64,000 nucleotides of DNA from an uncultured Gemmatimonadales bacterium (GCA_965652025.1 CBFGTM010000013.1:5429-69428), one strand, 5' to 3'. Shown: positions 9,901-18,256, counted from the stretch's first letter. Numbers and translations are program-made. The notes: generated by a model not told the origin, from the letters alone.

Positions 9901-10469
9901 AAGCGGTGACAGAGGTATGGCGCCATCGGCCGGATGCCTGCGATTCACTCGCCCTGGAAGCGATTACCGGGGATCCCGTCGTCGCGGTACGCCTGAGTGC
10001 AGTCTGCGCGGCGTCCGCCGCTCACCGCTACGATCTGCTCGACCGGATGACGCAGGACCCGGAGCCCGAAGTCCGCCGCGAAATTGCGACTACCTTGAGC
10101 CGGGCTACCGAGGTCGCCCCCCCGGGCTTTACGGTACTGGAGCACTTGGAGGCTGATCCGGAGATGGCGGTACGGACAGCCGCGTACGCGGCTCGGCTGA
10201 TCCAGGGTGAGCCGGTACCGCTTCCTCCCGACCTCGACCCCCGGATGGCGGCGGACGCGGTGCGGAGCGGAGCGGATCTGGGAGCCCTGAGGAACGCGGC
10301 CCGCACCGGCGCATCAGAGGACCGCCGGCTGTCGGCGGCGCTCGCGCTGGCGCTGCTTCAGGACGAGGTTGCCCGGGAAGTGGCGCGATCCGATCCGGCC
10401 CCGTCGGTGCGGCACCGGGTGGGCGGCGCACTCGATCTGCTGCTCGGGGTCCCGGGAACGCCGGCATGA
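6939..10469 (+). CDS. giant HEAT-repeat protein with a single N-terminal TM helix
   Basis: 1176 aa. TM segment IVLLAAGVMLAAGLVTVLAWFLYSF. Dozens of ~30-aa PBS-lyase/HEAT-like units follow (D.D..VR..A..ALG..GD..A...L...L). Its stop overlaps the next start (ATGA at 10466-10469). Confidence 0.85.
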   Translation: MRGADIVLLAAGVMLAAGLVTVLAWFLYSFYLDWVERRLDNRKGLYRELVAELATRDRTLLEPTIHQMRTLYDLDALEAVLEEQARTATGRPGWLLDVYDHLGLVDQYIEKLRTARKWRDRAFAAELLGRVGSAKAVPALLESVQATQTEDADVREIALRALARIADPAAVEPLVAALARAEVWLAPRLADILARHGEAVVDPVLRLLTGAGNNPARAWAANVLGEVRAARAFPALIQSLDDPDDEVRAKSATALGRLGDRRAIPSLLDHLLSDPAPFVRVRIASTLGQFGGPEVVDRMVRALGDSAWWVRMRGVEALEQIGPIAEGPLLLALGDSDPEIRQRAAVSLERLGLSAILLRRVEEGHRVEEALTTLAQLAAAGTRELIAELLLHPSLPVRATVISAIREARRSDLSAELSQVASRDPDPAARRAAFEALRRIRTRTVLTAGLAGVADPDPEVRISALQLIGEVGDRGAIEIVRSQAESAEPRIRAAAIRALGSIGAKGVQADLSRAMTDREPLIREAAVRAAAEAGLRPLVPELVGLLSDPEERVRLATANALGVLGDPAAMPVLLQTFEYASRDLRSIITLAISQLDPDALSELIERLNQADDVESRLVLAHTLDRLRWAGGLQHLGRLAQDPAPEVRAVALRAMGRSLHPSGPPPEILVGAARAGLRDPVETVRAAALDLCSRRCLEEFGPDIVALLQGDPSPVVRERAALAIGLLRTPAGEAPLIAASHDAESPDLRAAAFLAAGAYDRRSLVTLMLEMPDETAMRERLRHRIKTDAWFRLLSRSLPRMSGTEIRALVAPTAADAQRSLATGIRSVLDAGERVRLITGLSSFQGEQSRDALLQLIRVDPNPEVRTAALTSVAELLDPDELLAFGSRALGDPSIMVRRAAVGLFAPVPPDRAWPRLIRALRMDDDPTVLASAAALAEQQFESFRDAVLQTLEDDRAVLVARLSRYVHHPDLAALLSRLARSPAVEVREAVTEVWRHRPDACDSLALEAITGDPVVAVRLSAVCAASAAHRYDLLDRMTQDPEPEVRREIATTLSRATEVAPPGFTVLEHLEADPEMAVRTAAYAARLIQGEPVPLPPDLDPRMAADAVRSGADLGALRNAARTGASEDRRLSAALALALLQDEVAREVARSDPAPSVRHRVGGALDLLLGVPGTPA

Positions 10470-12022
10470 TCGATACCTTCCTGCGGCTGCTGATCGAGCT
10501 TGGGCAGGCGGCTCAGCCGATCTTTCTGGTGTACTTCGTCCTCTACAACAGCTACACCCTGTGGCTGATCGCGCTATCGGCCCAGCAGGTCCGGCGCCGG
10601 GTGGCCAGTCATTTCATCGAGGACCTCGACCTCATCGATGAGCGGGATCTGACCAAGCCGCTCACCATGATCGTACCGGCCTACAACGAAGAAATCACCA
10701 TCGTCGACAGCGTCACCGGGCTGATTCACTGTGACTACCCGCGCTTCGAGATCGTGGTGGTCAATGACGGTTCCACTGATGCTACCCTCGACCGGCTCCG
10801 CCAAGCCTTCCAGCTACGGCGGACCGACGCCCCCTACCGCCCGGCGCTCGCCACCGCTCCGGTGCGGGCCATCTATCGGGCGGCGATCCAACTCCCTACC
10901 AGCGTGACTCAGCTGGTGGTGATCGACAAGGAAAACGGTGGAAAGGCCGATGCCCTCAATGCCGGGATCAACGTGTCCACCACGCCTTACTTCGTGTCGC
11001 TGGACGCGGACTCCATCCTGGACCAGCGCGCGCTCAAGGAGCTGATGCGCGTCATCCAGGAGGACCCCCGAGTAGTGGCGGTGGGCGGCCAGGTGGCCAT
11101 CGCCAATGGCTGCACCGTGCGCAACAGTCACGTAGTAAAGGTCGAGCTGCCGGACCGGTCCCTGCCCCGGTTTCAGATGGTCGAGTATCTCCGCTCCTTC
11201 ACCGCGACCCGGACCGGACTGGATCGAGTTCAGGCCATACTCATTCTGAGCGGCGTCTTCGCCGTCTTCGAAAAGGAAACCGTAATCCGGGCGGGCGGCT
11301 ATCTGACCCCATTCCTCCGGCATCGGCTTACCCAGGAGTACGTGGGCTGGGGGCTGGGGACCGTCTGCGAGGACATGGAGATCATCGTGCGCCTGCATCG
11401 ATTCATTCTGGATAAGCAGCACGACCGCCGGATCGCGTTTCTGCCCCACCCGGTGGCCTGGACGGAGGTGCCCGAAACCTTCGAGTCACTCCGCAAGCAG
11501 CGGGGCCGCTGGTACCGGGGACTGCGGGAGTCGCTCCGCTATCACCGCGCCATGCTGGGCCGGGCCAAGTACGGGCGGATCGGATGGTTCGCGCTGCCGG
11601 CCTTCTGGCTGTTCGAGTATTATGGGCCCCTCATCGAGGTGGCCGGCTACTGCTTCTTCTTGTTTCTCTTCATCATGGAGCGGGTGCTGGAGCAGAGCCT
11701 GATCAGCTATCCCTATCTGCTGGCGTTTCTGCTCGCATCCCTAGGGTACGGCGTGTTGGTCAATGTGCTGGCGGTGCTGGTCGGTGCCTGGCGGTTTCGC
11801 TATGGGTTGGCCGACCGCCTACAACGCCATCTCCTTCCATTCAGCCGGCGGCGGGAAGTCTTCATCCTGCTGCTGTACGCCGTGCTGGAGAACTTCGGCT
11901 ACCGGCAGCTCACCTTGTACTGGCGGCTGCGGGGTCTGTGGGATGCATGGCGGGGGAAGACCGGCTGGGAGAAGTTCGCACGAGTTGGATTTCGGCCTGG
12001 CGAGGCAGCGGCCAATGGCTGA
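10466..12022 (+). CDS. processive family-2 glycosyltransferase (PgaC/IcaA/BcsA-class membrane synthase)
   Basis: 518 aa. Motifs: VVNDGSTD, GGKADALNAG, SLDADS (DxD), CEDME (ED) and QRGRW (QxxRW). Hydrophobic segments lie at both the N- and C-terminus. Confidence 0.9.
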   Translation: MIDTFLRLLIELGQAAQPIFLVYFVLYNSYTLWLIALSAQQVRRRVASHFIEDLDLIDERDLTKPLTMIVPAYNEEITIVDSVTGLIHCDYPRFEIVVVNDGSTDATLDRLRQAFQLRRTDAPYRPALATAPVRAIYRAAIQLPTSVTQLVVIDKENGGKADALNAGINVSTTPYFVSLDADSILDQRALKELMRVIQEDPRVVAVGGQVAIANGCTVRNSHVVKVELPDRSLPRFQMVEYLRSFTATRTGLDRVQAILILSGVFAVFEKETVIRAGGYLTPFLRHRLTQEYVGWGLGTVCEDMEIIVRLHRFILDKQHDRRIAFLPHPVAWTEVPETFESLRKQRGRWYRGLRESLRYHRAMLGRAKYGRIGWFALPAFWLFEYYGPLIEVAGYCFFLFLFIMERVLEQSLISYPYLLAFLLASLGYGVLVNVLAVLVGAWRFRYGLADRLQRHLLPFSRRREVFILLLYAVLENFGYRQLTLYWRLRGLWDAWRGKTGWEKFARVGFRPGEAAANG

Positions 12023-13088
12023 GCCCATGTCTCCCCGGATCCTGCTGGTGGACGACGATCCCGACATTGTCAGGCTGGTCCAGCACGTTCTCCAGACGGC
12101 AGGACTCGGTGCGGCGACTCAAGTGAGCACCGGCCGGGCAGCGCTGACCGCGCTGGCTGGGATGGACATCGTTCTGCTCGACCACCAGCTCCCGGACACG
12201 AGCGGCCTGGACGTGCTGCGAGCCATCAGGGCGCTGCCATCGCCTCCGGCCGTCATTCTCGTCACCGCGCACGGCAACGAGTCGCTGGCCGCCACGGCAC
12301 TGCGGCTTGGGGCCGATGACTACCTGGCCAAGGACCCGGCCCTGGCCGACCTGTTGCCCCAGATCCTCGAGCGGGTGCGCCGCAACCGTGAGCTGCGCAA
12401 GGCACTGGCGGCCGCGGAAGCAGACCTCATGCGAGCGGAGCGACTGGCCGCGATCGGCGAGATGACGGTGACGCTGCACCACGAGATCAACAATCCGCTG
12501 ATGGCGGCCTATGCCGATGTGGAGTTGCTGCTGGCCGATCCTCAGGCAGCGGCGGACAAGCGAACCGAAGGGCTGGAGAGCATTCGGCAGGCACTCCGAA
12601 GAATCCGGAACATCATTCAGCGGGTGGGCGGTCTGCGCGAAGCCAGGAGCAAGGATTACCTGCGGGGACTCCGGATGCTCGACCTGGAAAACCCGGATCA
12701 GACGGTTCCCGGGGTCGACCGCGGGATGGCCCTGCTCTACCTGCCGGAGGAGGATGTGGCGCGGGTCGTGTCCCTGCTGCTGCGCCAGGCCGGGTTTCAG
12801 GTTCGCCGGGTGGACTCGATTGGGGAGCTGGAGAAGTCCGCCGACAGTATCGGCGTGAGCATAGTGGTGGTCGCGGGAGGAGCCACGACGCCGGGCCTGC
12901 ATCCGTTGAGCGGCTTCCGACCCGGGGCGGAGCGAGACTATCTGCTGGTGGCGCTGGTAGCCGGCGGGGAGTCGGCTGCGCTCGCGGCGGGCGCGGACCG
13001 CGCGGTGCATCTGCCCTTCGACCCGGGCACCTTCACCACCGAGATTCTTGCCGCTCTCGACGAACGATCTATCCCGCCCGCTCGATAA
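12015..13088 (+). CDS. response-regulator receiver fused to a HisKA-like DHp domain, no HATPase; C-terminal receiver-like region
   Basis: The ATG at 12015 overlaps the GT2 stop (ATGGCTGA). REC: ILLVDDDPD..VLLDHQLPDTSG..ADDYLAK. H-box: ERLAAIGEMTVTLHHEINNPL. I saw no N/G1/G2 ATP-binding boxes in the last ~170 aa. I treat the track ORF start at 11763 as an artefactual extension. Confidence 0.8.
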   Translation: MAEPMSPRILLVDDDPDIVRLVQHVLQTAGLGAATQVSTGRAALTALAGMDIVLLDHQLPDTSGLDVLRAIRALPSPPAVILVTAHGNESLAATALRLGADDYLAKDPALADLLPQILERVRRNRELRKALAAAEADLMRAERLAAIGEMTVTLHHEINNPLMAAYADVELLLADPQAAADKRTEGLESIRQALRRIRNIIQRVGGLREARSKDYLRGLRMLDLENPDQTVPGVDRGMALLYLPEEDVARVVSLLLRQAGFQVRRVDSIGELEKSADSIGVSIVVVAGGATTPGLHPLSGFRPGAERDYLLVALVAGGESAALAAGADRAVHLPFDPGTFTTEILAALDERSIPPAR

Positions 13089-14121
13089 GCCCCGCGTCGG
13101 ATCCGGTCAGCTTGGCCTGCTGATATGCCATTCCCTTGAGCCGGATGATGCGCTGGCGGATGGGTGGATGTGACGCCACGAAGTCGGCCAGAAATCCTTC
13201 CTTCGAGGCGAGAGCGGTCGGGGCCGGATCGATGATGCACAGATGCGCCGCACCCCGAGTAATCGAGCGGGTCGCCTCGCCGGCACCCTCCAGCTTTTCC
13301 AGGGCGGTGGCCAGCGCCATCGGATTCCGGGTGAACTGAGCTCCGGTGGCATCGGCCAGGTACTCCCGCTTGCGGTTGACCGCCATAGCCAGGAGGCGGG
13401 ACACGACGGGCGCGATCACCAGGGTGACGAGCCACAGCACCAGAATCACAATCCCAAGCGGATTGCTATCCTTGCCGCCGCCTCGCCGAGCTCCGGCTCC
13501 GCCCAACCGCACCGCGGTCCTGCTCCCCCGTCCAATCATGCGGCCCAGTCCCTCGGACAGCAGCGCGATTGCACCCACCATGCCCGCCAACAGTGTCATC
13601 AGGCGGACGTCGAGGTTCCGGATGTGGGCCATCTCATGCGCAACTACTCCCTGCAGCTCGTCCCGGGAGAGACTGCGCAGGAGTCCCTCGGTGACGGCAA
13701 TGCTGGCGCTAGCGGCGTCGCGCCCGGTGGCAAAGGCGTTGGGATCGTTGTCGGGAACCAGGTATACCGCAGGCCGGGGCATCCCGGAGGCGATGGCCAT
13801 CTCCTCCACCACATTCATCAGCTGCTTCTGCTCGGCGGTGGCCGGCTCGATCAGTTCCCAGGCACCAGTGGCCCAGAGTATCCGCTTGGCTCCATTGCGC
13901 CAGGAGTACCAGCAGATCCAGGCAGCCGACAGGGTGCTGACGATGCCGATGATGGGAATGACATGGCGATAGGAGCCTGGAGGGGCGTCGAGCGTCATCA
14001 AGTAAAACGCCAGATCACCGCCAAAGCCGACCCAGGTAAAGAACAGAATAAAGCCGATTACCAGCCACCGCGAACGCCGTCGATTGGCTTCCTGCTGCGC
14101 GAAGAGATTCGCGTCCGTCAC
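13069..14121 (-). CDS. M48-family zinc metalloprotease (HtpX-like)
   Basis: 350 aa with N-terminal TM segments, the HEMAHI zinc motif and DNDPNAFATG. It overlaps the lemA stop by 4 nt. Confidence 0.85.
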   Translation of the reverse strand: MTDANLFAQQEANRRRSRWLVIGFILFFTWVGFGGDLAFYLMTLDAPPGSYRHVIPIIGIVSTLSAAWICWYSWRNGAKRILWATGAWELIEPATAEQKQLMNVVEEMAIASGMPRPAVYLVPDNDPNAFATGRDAASASIAVTEGLLRSLSRDELQGVVAHEMAHIRNLDVRLMTLLAGMVGAIALLSEGLGRMIGRGSRTAVRLGGAGARRGGGKDSNPLGIVILVLWLVTLVIAPVVSRLLAMAVNRKREYLADATGAQFTRNPMALATALEKLEGAGEATRSITRGAAHLCIIDPAPTALASKEGFLADFVASHPPIRQRIIRLKGMAYQQAKLTGSDAGLIERAG

Positions 14122-14690
14122 GCGGTTGGTTTGTTGAGCGACAGGTCAACCGTTGGCAAGGCCCGCTCGCCGGCGTCCTCGATCTCCCACAACTCCGCGG
14201 GAGACGCCTTGGCCAGCCCGGCCACCAGGTTGGTGGGGAATTGCATCTGCTTGGTGTTGTACTGAGTGGCCACGTCATTATACAGCTGTCGGGCGAATCC
14301 GATCTTGTTCTCCGTACTGGTAAGCTCCTCCTGGAGGCCGGCCACATTGCCGGTGGCCTTGAGATCGGGGTAGGCCTCGGTGAGGGCAAACAGCCGGCCC
14401 AGGGCCTGGGTGAGCTGTCCTTCCGCCTGCGCGGTCTCCCGCACACCGGTAGCACTGACGGCACGATTCCGGGCCGAGATCACCGCGTCCAGCGTGGAGC
14501 GTTCGAACTCCATGGCACCCTTGACGGTGTTCACCAGGTTGGGAATCAGGTCGTGCCGGCGCTTGAGCTGCACGTCGATCTGCTTCCAGGCATTGAGCAC
14601 CTGATTCCGCAGCGCGACCAGACCGTTGTACGCGCCGATCACCCACAAGACGATCACCGCAAGGACGACCAGCAGGACGACCGTGCTCAT
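14118..14690 (-). CDS. lemA: LemA family membrane protein
   Basis: 190 aa. An N-terminal TM segment is followed by YNGLVALRNQV..AWKQIDVQLKRRHDLIPNLV..ERSTL, the typical LemA signature. Confidence 0.9.
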   Translation of the reverse strand: MSTVVLLVVLAVIVLWVIGAYNGLVALRNQVLNAWKQIDVQLKRRHDLIPNLVNTVKGAMEFERSTLDAVISARNRAVSATGVRETAQAEGQLTQALGRLFALTEAYPDLKATGNVAGLQEELTSTENKIGFARQLYNDVATQYNTKQMQFPTNLVAGLAKASPAELWEIEDAGERALPTVDLSLNKPTA

Positions 14691-14714
14691 GTGCGTTCCC
14701 TTATGTGAGGAGGA

Positions 14715-15467
14715 CTACCCCGGGCGCTCGGTTTCCAGGGCCGACTCGTGGAACATTTCCGACTCCGGCCGGGATTCGCTCCAACTGGAAGCCACAGCAG
14801 ACTGAAGCTCCGGGACCGGGGCCGGGGTCGCATCCAAACCTACCAGCGACGCCAGGGTCTGTCGGAGCGCTTCGGCAATGACCGTCGGATCGCTGTTGAG
14901 GCGCAGCGCTGGATGCTGCTCGTCGATCAGCACCTCGACCCCGGGGGCAACCGGAATGCGGCGACAGATTGAGCTGGCGGTGCTCAGTCCTTCCACCGGC
15001 GCGAGCCAGGCCATCACCGCTCGGCCCACCCGGCCCCGCCCGGTGCCCGGCGTTCTGAGCAAGGGGAGCTGGTCCGGCGGTGGCAGCCCCGGGCCCAGCG
15101 CGCTGGCCGCGCGCCGCTCGATGAGGTCACCGGTCATGCCGGCGAACTCCTTGGCCATGGATTCGAGGGTGGCGCCTTCCATTTGTCGGAGCTTGATGGC
15201 AAGAACTTGAAGCAGGTGGCGGTAGGAATAGACGGCGGCGGTGCCTCGACCATCAGGTGGGCTCACCAGCCCCCGAGCGACGTAGAACCGAATGGTCCGC
15301 TCACTGGGCCGGGCCCGAGCGGCGGCATTGACCGGGACAACCCCGGACGCGTCCAGAATACCGCCGGCCAGAGCTGCCAGGTCTCGAAGGCCCCAGGGTG
15401 CCAGGGCTCGGTATTCCCGCAGCGTGGCAAGTGGATCCGGCGGGGCAGCTGAAGGTGCAGAGTTCAT
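14715..15467 (-). CDS. MerR-like HTH domain protein (function unknown)
   Basis: 250 aa. ERTIRFYVARGLVSPPDGRGTAAVYSYRHLLQVLAIKLRQ resembles a MerR-type winged HTH. The rest is unassigned. 4-nt overlap with the upstream REC gene. Confidence 0.55.
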   Translation of the reverse strand: MNSAPSAAPPDPLATLREYRALAPWGLRDLAALAGGILDASGVVPVNAAARARPSERTIRFYVARGLVSPPDGRGTAAVYSYRHLLQVLAIKLRQMEGATLESMAKEFAGMTGDLIERRAASALGPGLPPPDQLPLLRTPGTGRGRVGRAVMAWLAPVEGLSTASSICRRIPVAPGVEVLIDEQHPALRLNSDPTVIAEALRQTLASLVGLDATPAPVPELQSAVASSWSESRPESEMFHESALETERPG

Positions 15468-15874
15468 AGGTGCCCGTTTCCCTCGAGGAGGTCCGGGTCA
15501 GACCGGTTGGCGGTGAGCACATCGGCGACGGTGTGCATCAGAGTATCGAGTTTGAAAGGTTTGACCAGGATCGGACAAGCCGCCAGCTCGTCGGGCCATT
15601 CCGGTTGCCGGGGGCCCGGGTCGCCGCTCATTAAGATGACTCGCCCGCTGAGAAGTGGCCAGCGTCGAACGATGGCGAGAAAGAAGGTGTCTCCCGGCAT
15701 TTGAGGTAAGCGGAGATCCAGCAGAACCAGATCGAAGCTGGATTCGGCCAGAATCTGATAGGCGGAGTTCGGGTCGCCTACCGATACGACCTCGTAGCCC
15801 TGCGCCTTCAGCGCGCGTTCGAGGGTGCGGCGCAACGCGGGCTCGTCATCCACCACCAGAATTCGACTGGTCAT
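15464..15874 (-). CDS. single-domain response regulator (receiver only)
   Basis: 136 aa. ILVVDDEP..DLVLLDLRLPQMPG..ILVKPF. Confidence 0.85.
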   Translation of the reverse strand: MTSRILVVDDEPALRRTLERALKAQGYEVVSVGDPNSAYQILAESSFDLVLLDLRLPQMPGDTFFLAIVRRWPLLSGRVILMSGDPGPRQPEWPDELAACPILVKPFKLDTLMHTVADVLTANRSDPDLLEGNGHL

Positions 15875-16689
15875 GAGGCGGCTTGGGCGACGGCCTTGAG
15901 GTACCGATCGGTCACCATCATCAGGGCCTCTTCGGTCGAGAGGGAGACACGCAACTCTCCTGCGGTCACTCCGAAAACCGCTCGCAAATGCATCTGAAGA
16001 GTCTTGGTTTTGCTGTAACCTAACTTGAGTGCCACGTCCTCGACGGTGTATCCGGGATCCAGCAGCAGCCGGTGCGCGTACAGCAGCCGGGTCAGAACCA
16101 TCACGGTCCGAGGCGAGGGCAGCCCGACTTTGGTGAACCAGCGTTCGCAGGTTCGGCGAGTCAGCTGGGCCCGGTGAGCCAAGGCGGTGACGGTAGGGGC
16201 CTCGTCCCCCGCGTGCAGCATTGCCTCGAGGGCGCGGAGCAACTCCCGAGGCAGTTCCTGAAGCGCGCCCCCCAGCGCCTGCATCACGTGCTGCGACGCG
16301 GACTGCTCCAGCTCGGCCTGGAGAGCGATGCGCAGCGACGCCGGGGCATCCTCGAACCGGTGGAAGACGACGCGGCGGATCCCGGAGCGCCCGAGTTGGA
16401 GCAGTACCGATGCGGTTGCGGGGGCGAGTTCAGTGTACACCAGCAGGGGCAAGGAGGGGAAGAGCAGGCGGATCCGTTCGATGCCGTGGGCCCGGGCCTG
16501 GCCCCCGAGCAGGGGGTCTACTACGGCCATTTCTATGGGTTTGGCCCGTATCGCCTCTACGACTTCCGGCCACCCACTCCCGGAGACCCAGTGATATCGG
16601 TCGGGATCGAGCGAGCGAAGCCGCATCAGGCGTTCGGCGGGTACTGCGGCGAGGAGCAAATGTCGCAAAACGGCCCCTATTTGTCGCAA
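15871..16689 (-). CDS. AraC-family transcriptional regulator with receiver-like N-terminal domain
   Basis: 272 aa. The C-terminus carries two HTH units (LAHRAQLTRRTCERWF..; VEDVALKLGYSKTKTLQMHLRAVFGVT). 4-nt overlap with the downstream REC gene. Confidence 0.8.
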   Translation of the reverse strand: MRQIGAVLRHLLLAAVPAERLMRLRSLDPDRYHWVSGSGWPEVVEAIRAKPIEMAVVDPLLGGQARAHGIERIRLLFPSLPLLVYTELAPATASVLLQLGRSGIRRVVFHRFEDAPASLRIALQAELEQSASQHVMQALGGALQELPRELLRALEAMLHAGDEAPTVTALAHRAQLTRRTCERWFTKVGLPSPRTVMVLTRLLYAHRLLLDPGYTVEDVALKLGYSKTKTLQMHLRAVFGVTAGELRVSLSTEEALMMVTDRYLKAVAQAAS

Positions 16690-16780
16690 ATGGGCCCTAA
16701 AACGGGAAAAGATCGGCCCCCAGATTGGCCTAGCCCATCCTCCTCCGGGCGATCACCAGCCACTCTGAAAGGGACCTCAT

Positions 16781-16924
16781 ATGTCTCGCTCCAAGTTCTA
16801 CGGACTGGTTCTGGCCCTACTCGCCTCTACTGCGTTGAGCAGCGCTTGCACTCGCACCGATGCTACCGGCCCGTCGGAGCAGCCTCAGGCATCCTTCCAG
16901 GAAGGGCAGGGCGCCAACAACTAA
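16781..16924 (+). CDS. possible 47-aa lipoprotein (below the ORF-track length cutoff)
   Basis: Hand translation gives MSRSKFYGLVLALLASTALSSAC|TRTDATGPSEQPQASFQEGQGANN*. It has a signal-like core and a Cys in an imperfect lipobox. No homology is claimed. Confidence 0.3.
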   Translation: MSRSKFYGLVLALLASTALSSACTRTDATGPSEQPQASFQEGQGANN

Positions 16925-16966
16925 TTCTTAATCAGAGGTACGCGAGAGTGTGCCCTCGCGGGGATT

Positions 16967-18256
16967 TCACACTGCCGCTGCCAGCGCGTACTCCCGCAGT
17001 CCGAGCTCCATTTCCCGAACGGCCGGTGCCGCGCTGAGGTTGGATGTTTCGGCGCGGGGCTGGTCGTTCTGATTTTGGTCCGCCGCCATGGCCTGCTCGA
17101 TCTTGAAGTACCAGGCATTCAGATGGTGGCTCTCGGCCAGGGCCAGCGCCTCGGTGAGCGCCGCACGACTCCTTCCCAGCTGGCCGAACCGCCCCAGCCC
17201 TCTACCCAGCTTGTAGGAATAGTCGACCAGCATGCTGGGGGACATACGACTGCGGAACTCTTCGGCCGCCCCCCGGCACCGCTCGAAGGCCACCCGATTC
17301 CCTACCGTGGATTCGAGATCCATCAACTCCAGCCAGGCGTTGGCGCGGACCAGCAGGCTGGCGGAGGATTGGGCGACGATCTTGAACGCCAGTCGCGCGG
17401 CCTCATGCGCTTCGATCTCGGCGAGACCGATCCCGAGGTCGCCCAGCGTGCGCATCCGATCCATCGGATCCGGGTGTAGCTGGAACGCGCGGTAGTGCGC
17501 TTCCAGCGACTCCAACCGCAGGCCCTGGAGGCTGTAGGCCACGCCGAGGTCCGCATAGGCGAGGGCCTGGACCCCGGGCAGCTCCAGCTCGCCGGCCTCA
17601 TCAGCAACGTTTTCGGCGACCGCTCGCGCTGCGGGCAGGTTGCCTTTACCCCGCTGCACAGCGCCTTTGCCAAGCCGCCCCCGGAGCATGGACACCGGAT
17701 CGCCTGACTGATAAGAGACCTCTTCAGCAGCCCCATAGCAAGCGACTGACTGGTCCCAGCGCGCCAGCAAGCGGTTCAGCCGACCGGCGAAGAGGGCATA
17801 GCCGGCGAAATCGCGTGGGCTGATGTCGGATCCCTGGCAGCGAGCGGCCAGGGACAGCATCTCGAGGCTCTCTTCCAGCCGTCCCTCATGCTCCAGGAAG
17901 TAGGCGTACGCTGTGAGGCTCTTCCACAGGGTGGGCGACGGAGGAGGGCCCTCGGCCGGAATGGCCTCGACGACGCCGGCAAGGTGGGCTGTTTCCGGCT
18001 CGGTGGAAGGAAGCTCGTCGATGTGACGACGCACCGATTCGAGCTGCCAGTGGAAGCCTTCAGCAGAGTGTTCGTCGGTTTGGAATGAGAGCAGTCGGTC
18101 AAGCAGACGGGCAACAATGTACGCGCCCAGCGCGAGACGCGCGGACCCGTCACGTTCTTGCTCCCGCTGGAGCCGGGCACGTTCGAGAAACGGCTCGTGC
18201 GTGAGAACGTCCGAAGACCACCCGACCTCGCCAAACAGGCGCTGAGGCGTATACAA
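16967..18256 (-). CDS. TPR-like all-helical protein, function unknown
   Basis: 429-aa ORF with repeated ~34-aa helical pairs rich in A/L/G/Y (e.g. ALAYADLGVAYSLQGLRLESLEAHYRAF). No catalytic motif seen. Confidence 0.6.
   Translation of the reverse strand: MYTPQRLFGEVGWSSDVLTHEPFLERARLQREQERDGSARLALGAYIVARLLDRLLSFQTDEHSAEGFHWQLESVRRHIDELPSTEPETAHLAGVVEAIPAEGPPPSPTLWKSLTAYAYFLEHEGRLEESLEMLSLAARCQGSDISPRDFAGYALFAGRLNRLLARWDQSVACYGAAEEVSYQSGDPVSMLRGRLGKGAVQRGKGNLPAARAVAENVADEAGELELPGVQALAYADLGVAYSLQGLRLESLEAHYRAFQLHPDPMDRMRTLGDLGIGLAEIEAHEAARLAFKIVAQSSASLLVRANAWLELMDLESTVGNRVAFERCRGAAEEFRSRMSPSMLVDYSYKLGRGLGRFGQLGRSRAALTEALALAESHHLNAWYFKIEQAMAADQNQNDQPRAETSNLSAAPAVREMELGLREYALAAAV

Noticed and set aside
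11763-12014. N-terminal 84 codons of the track ORF 11763-13088
   Set aside because: This part overlaps the GT2 coding region in another frame and translates to Cys/Gly/Ser-rich nonsense. The ATG at 12015 starts the receiver domain and couples to the GT2 stop.
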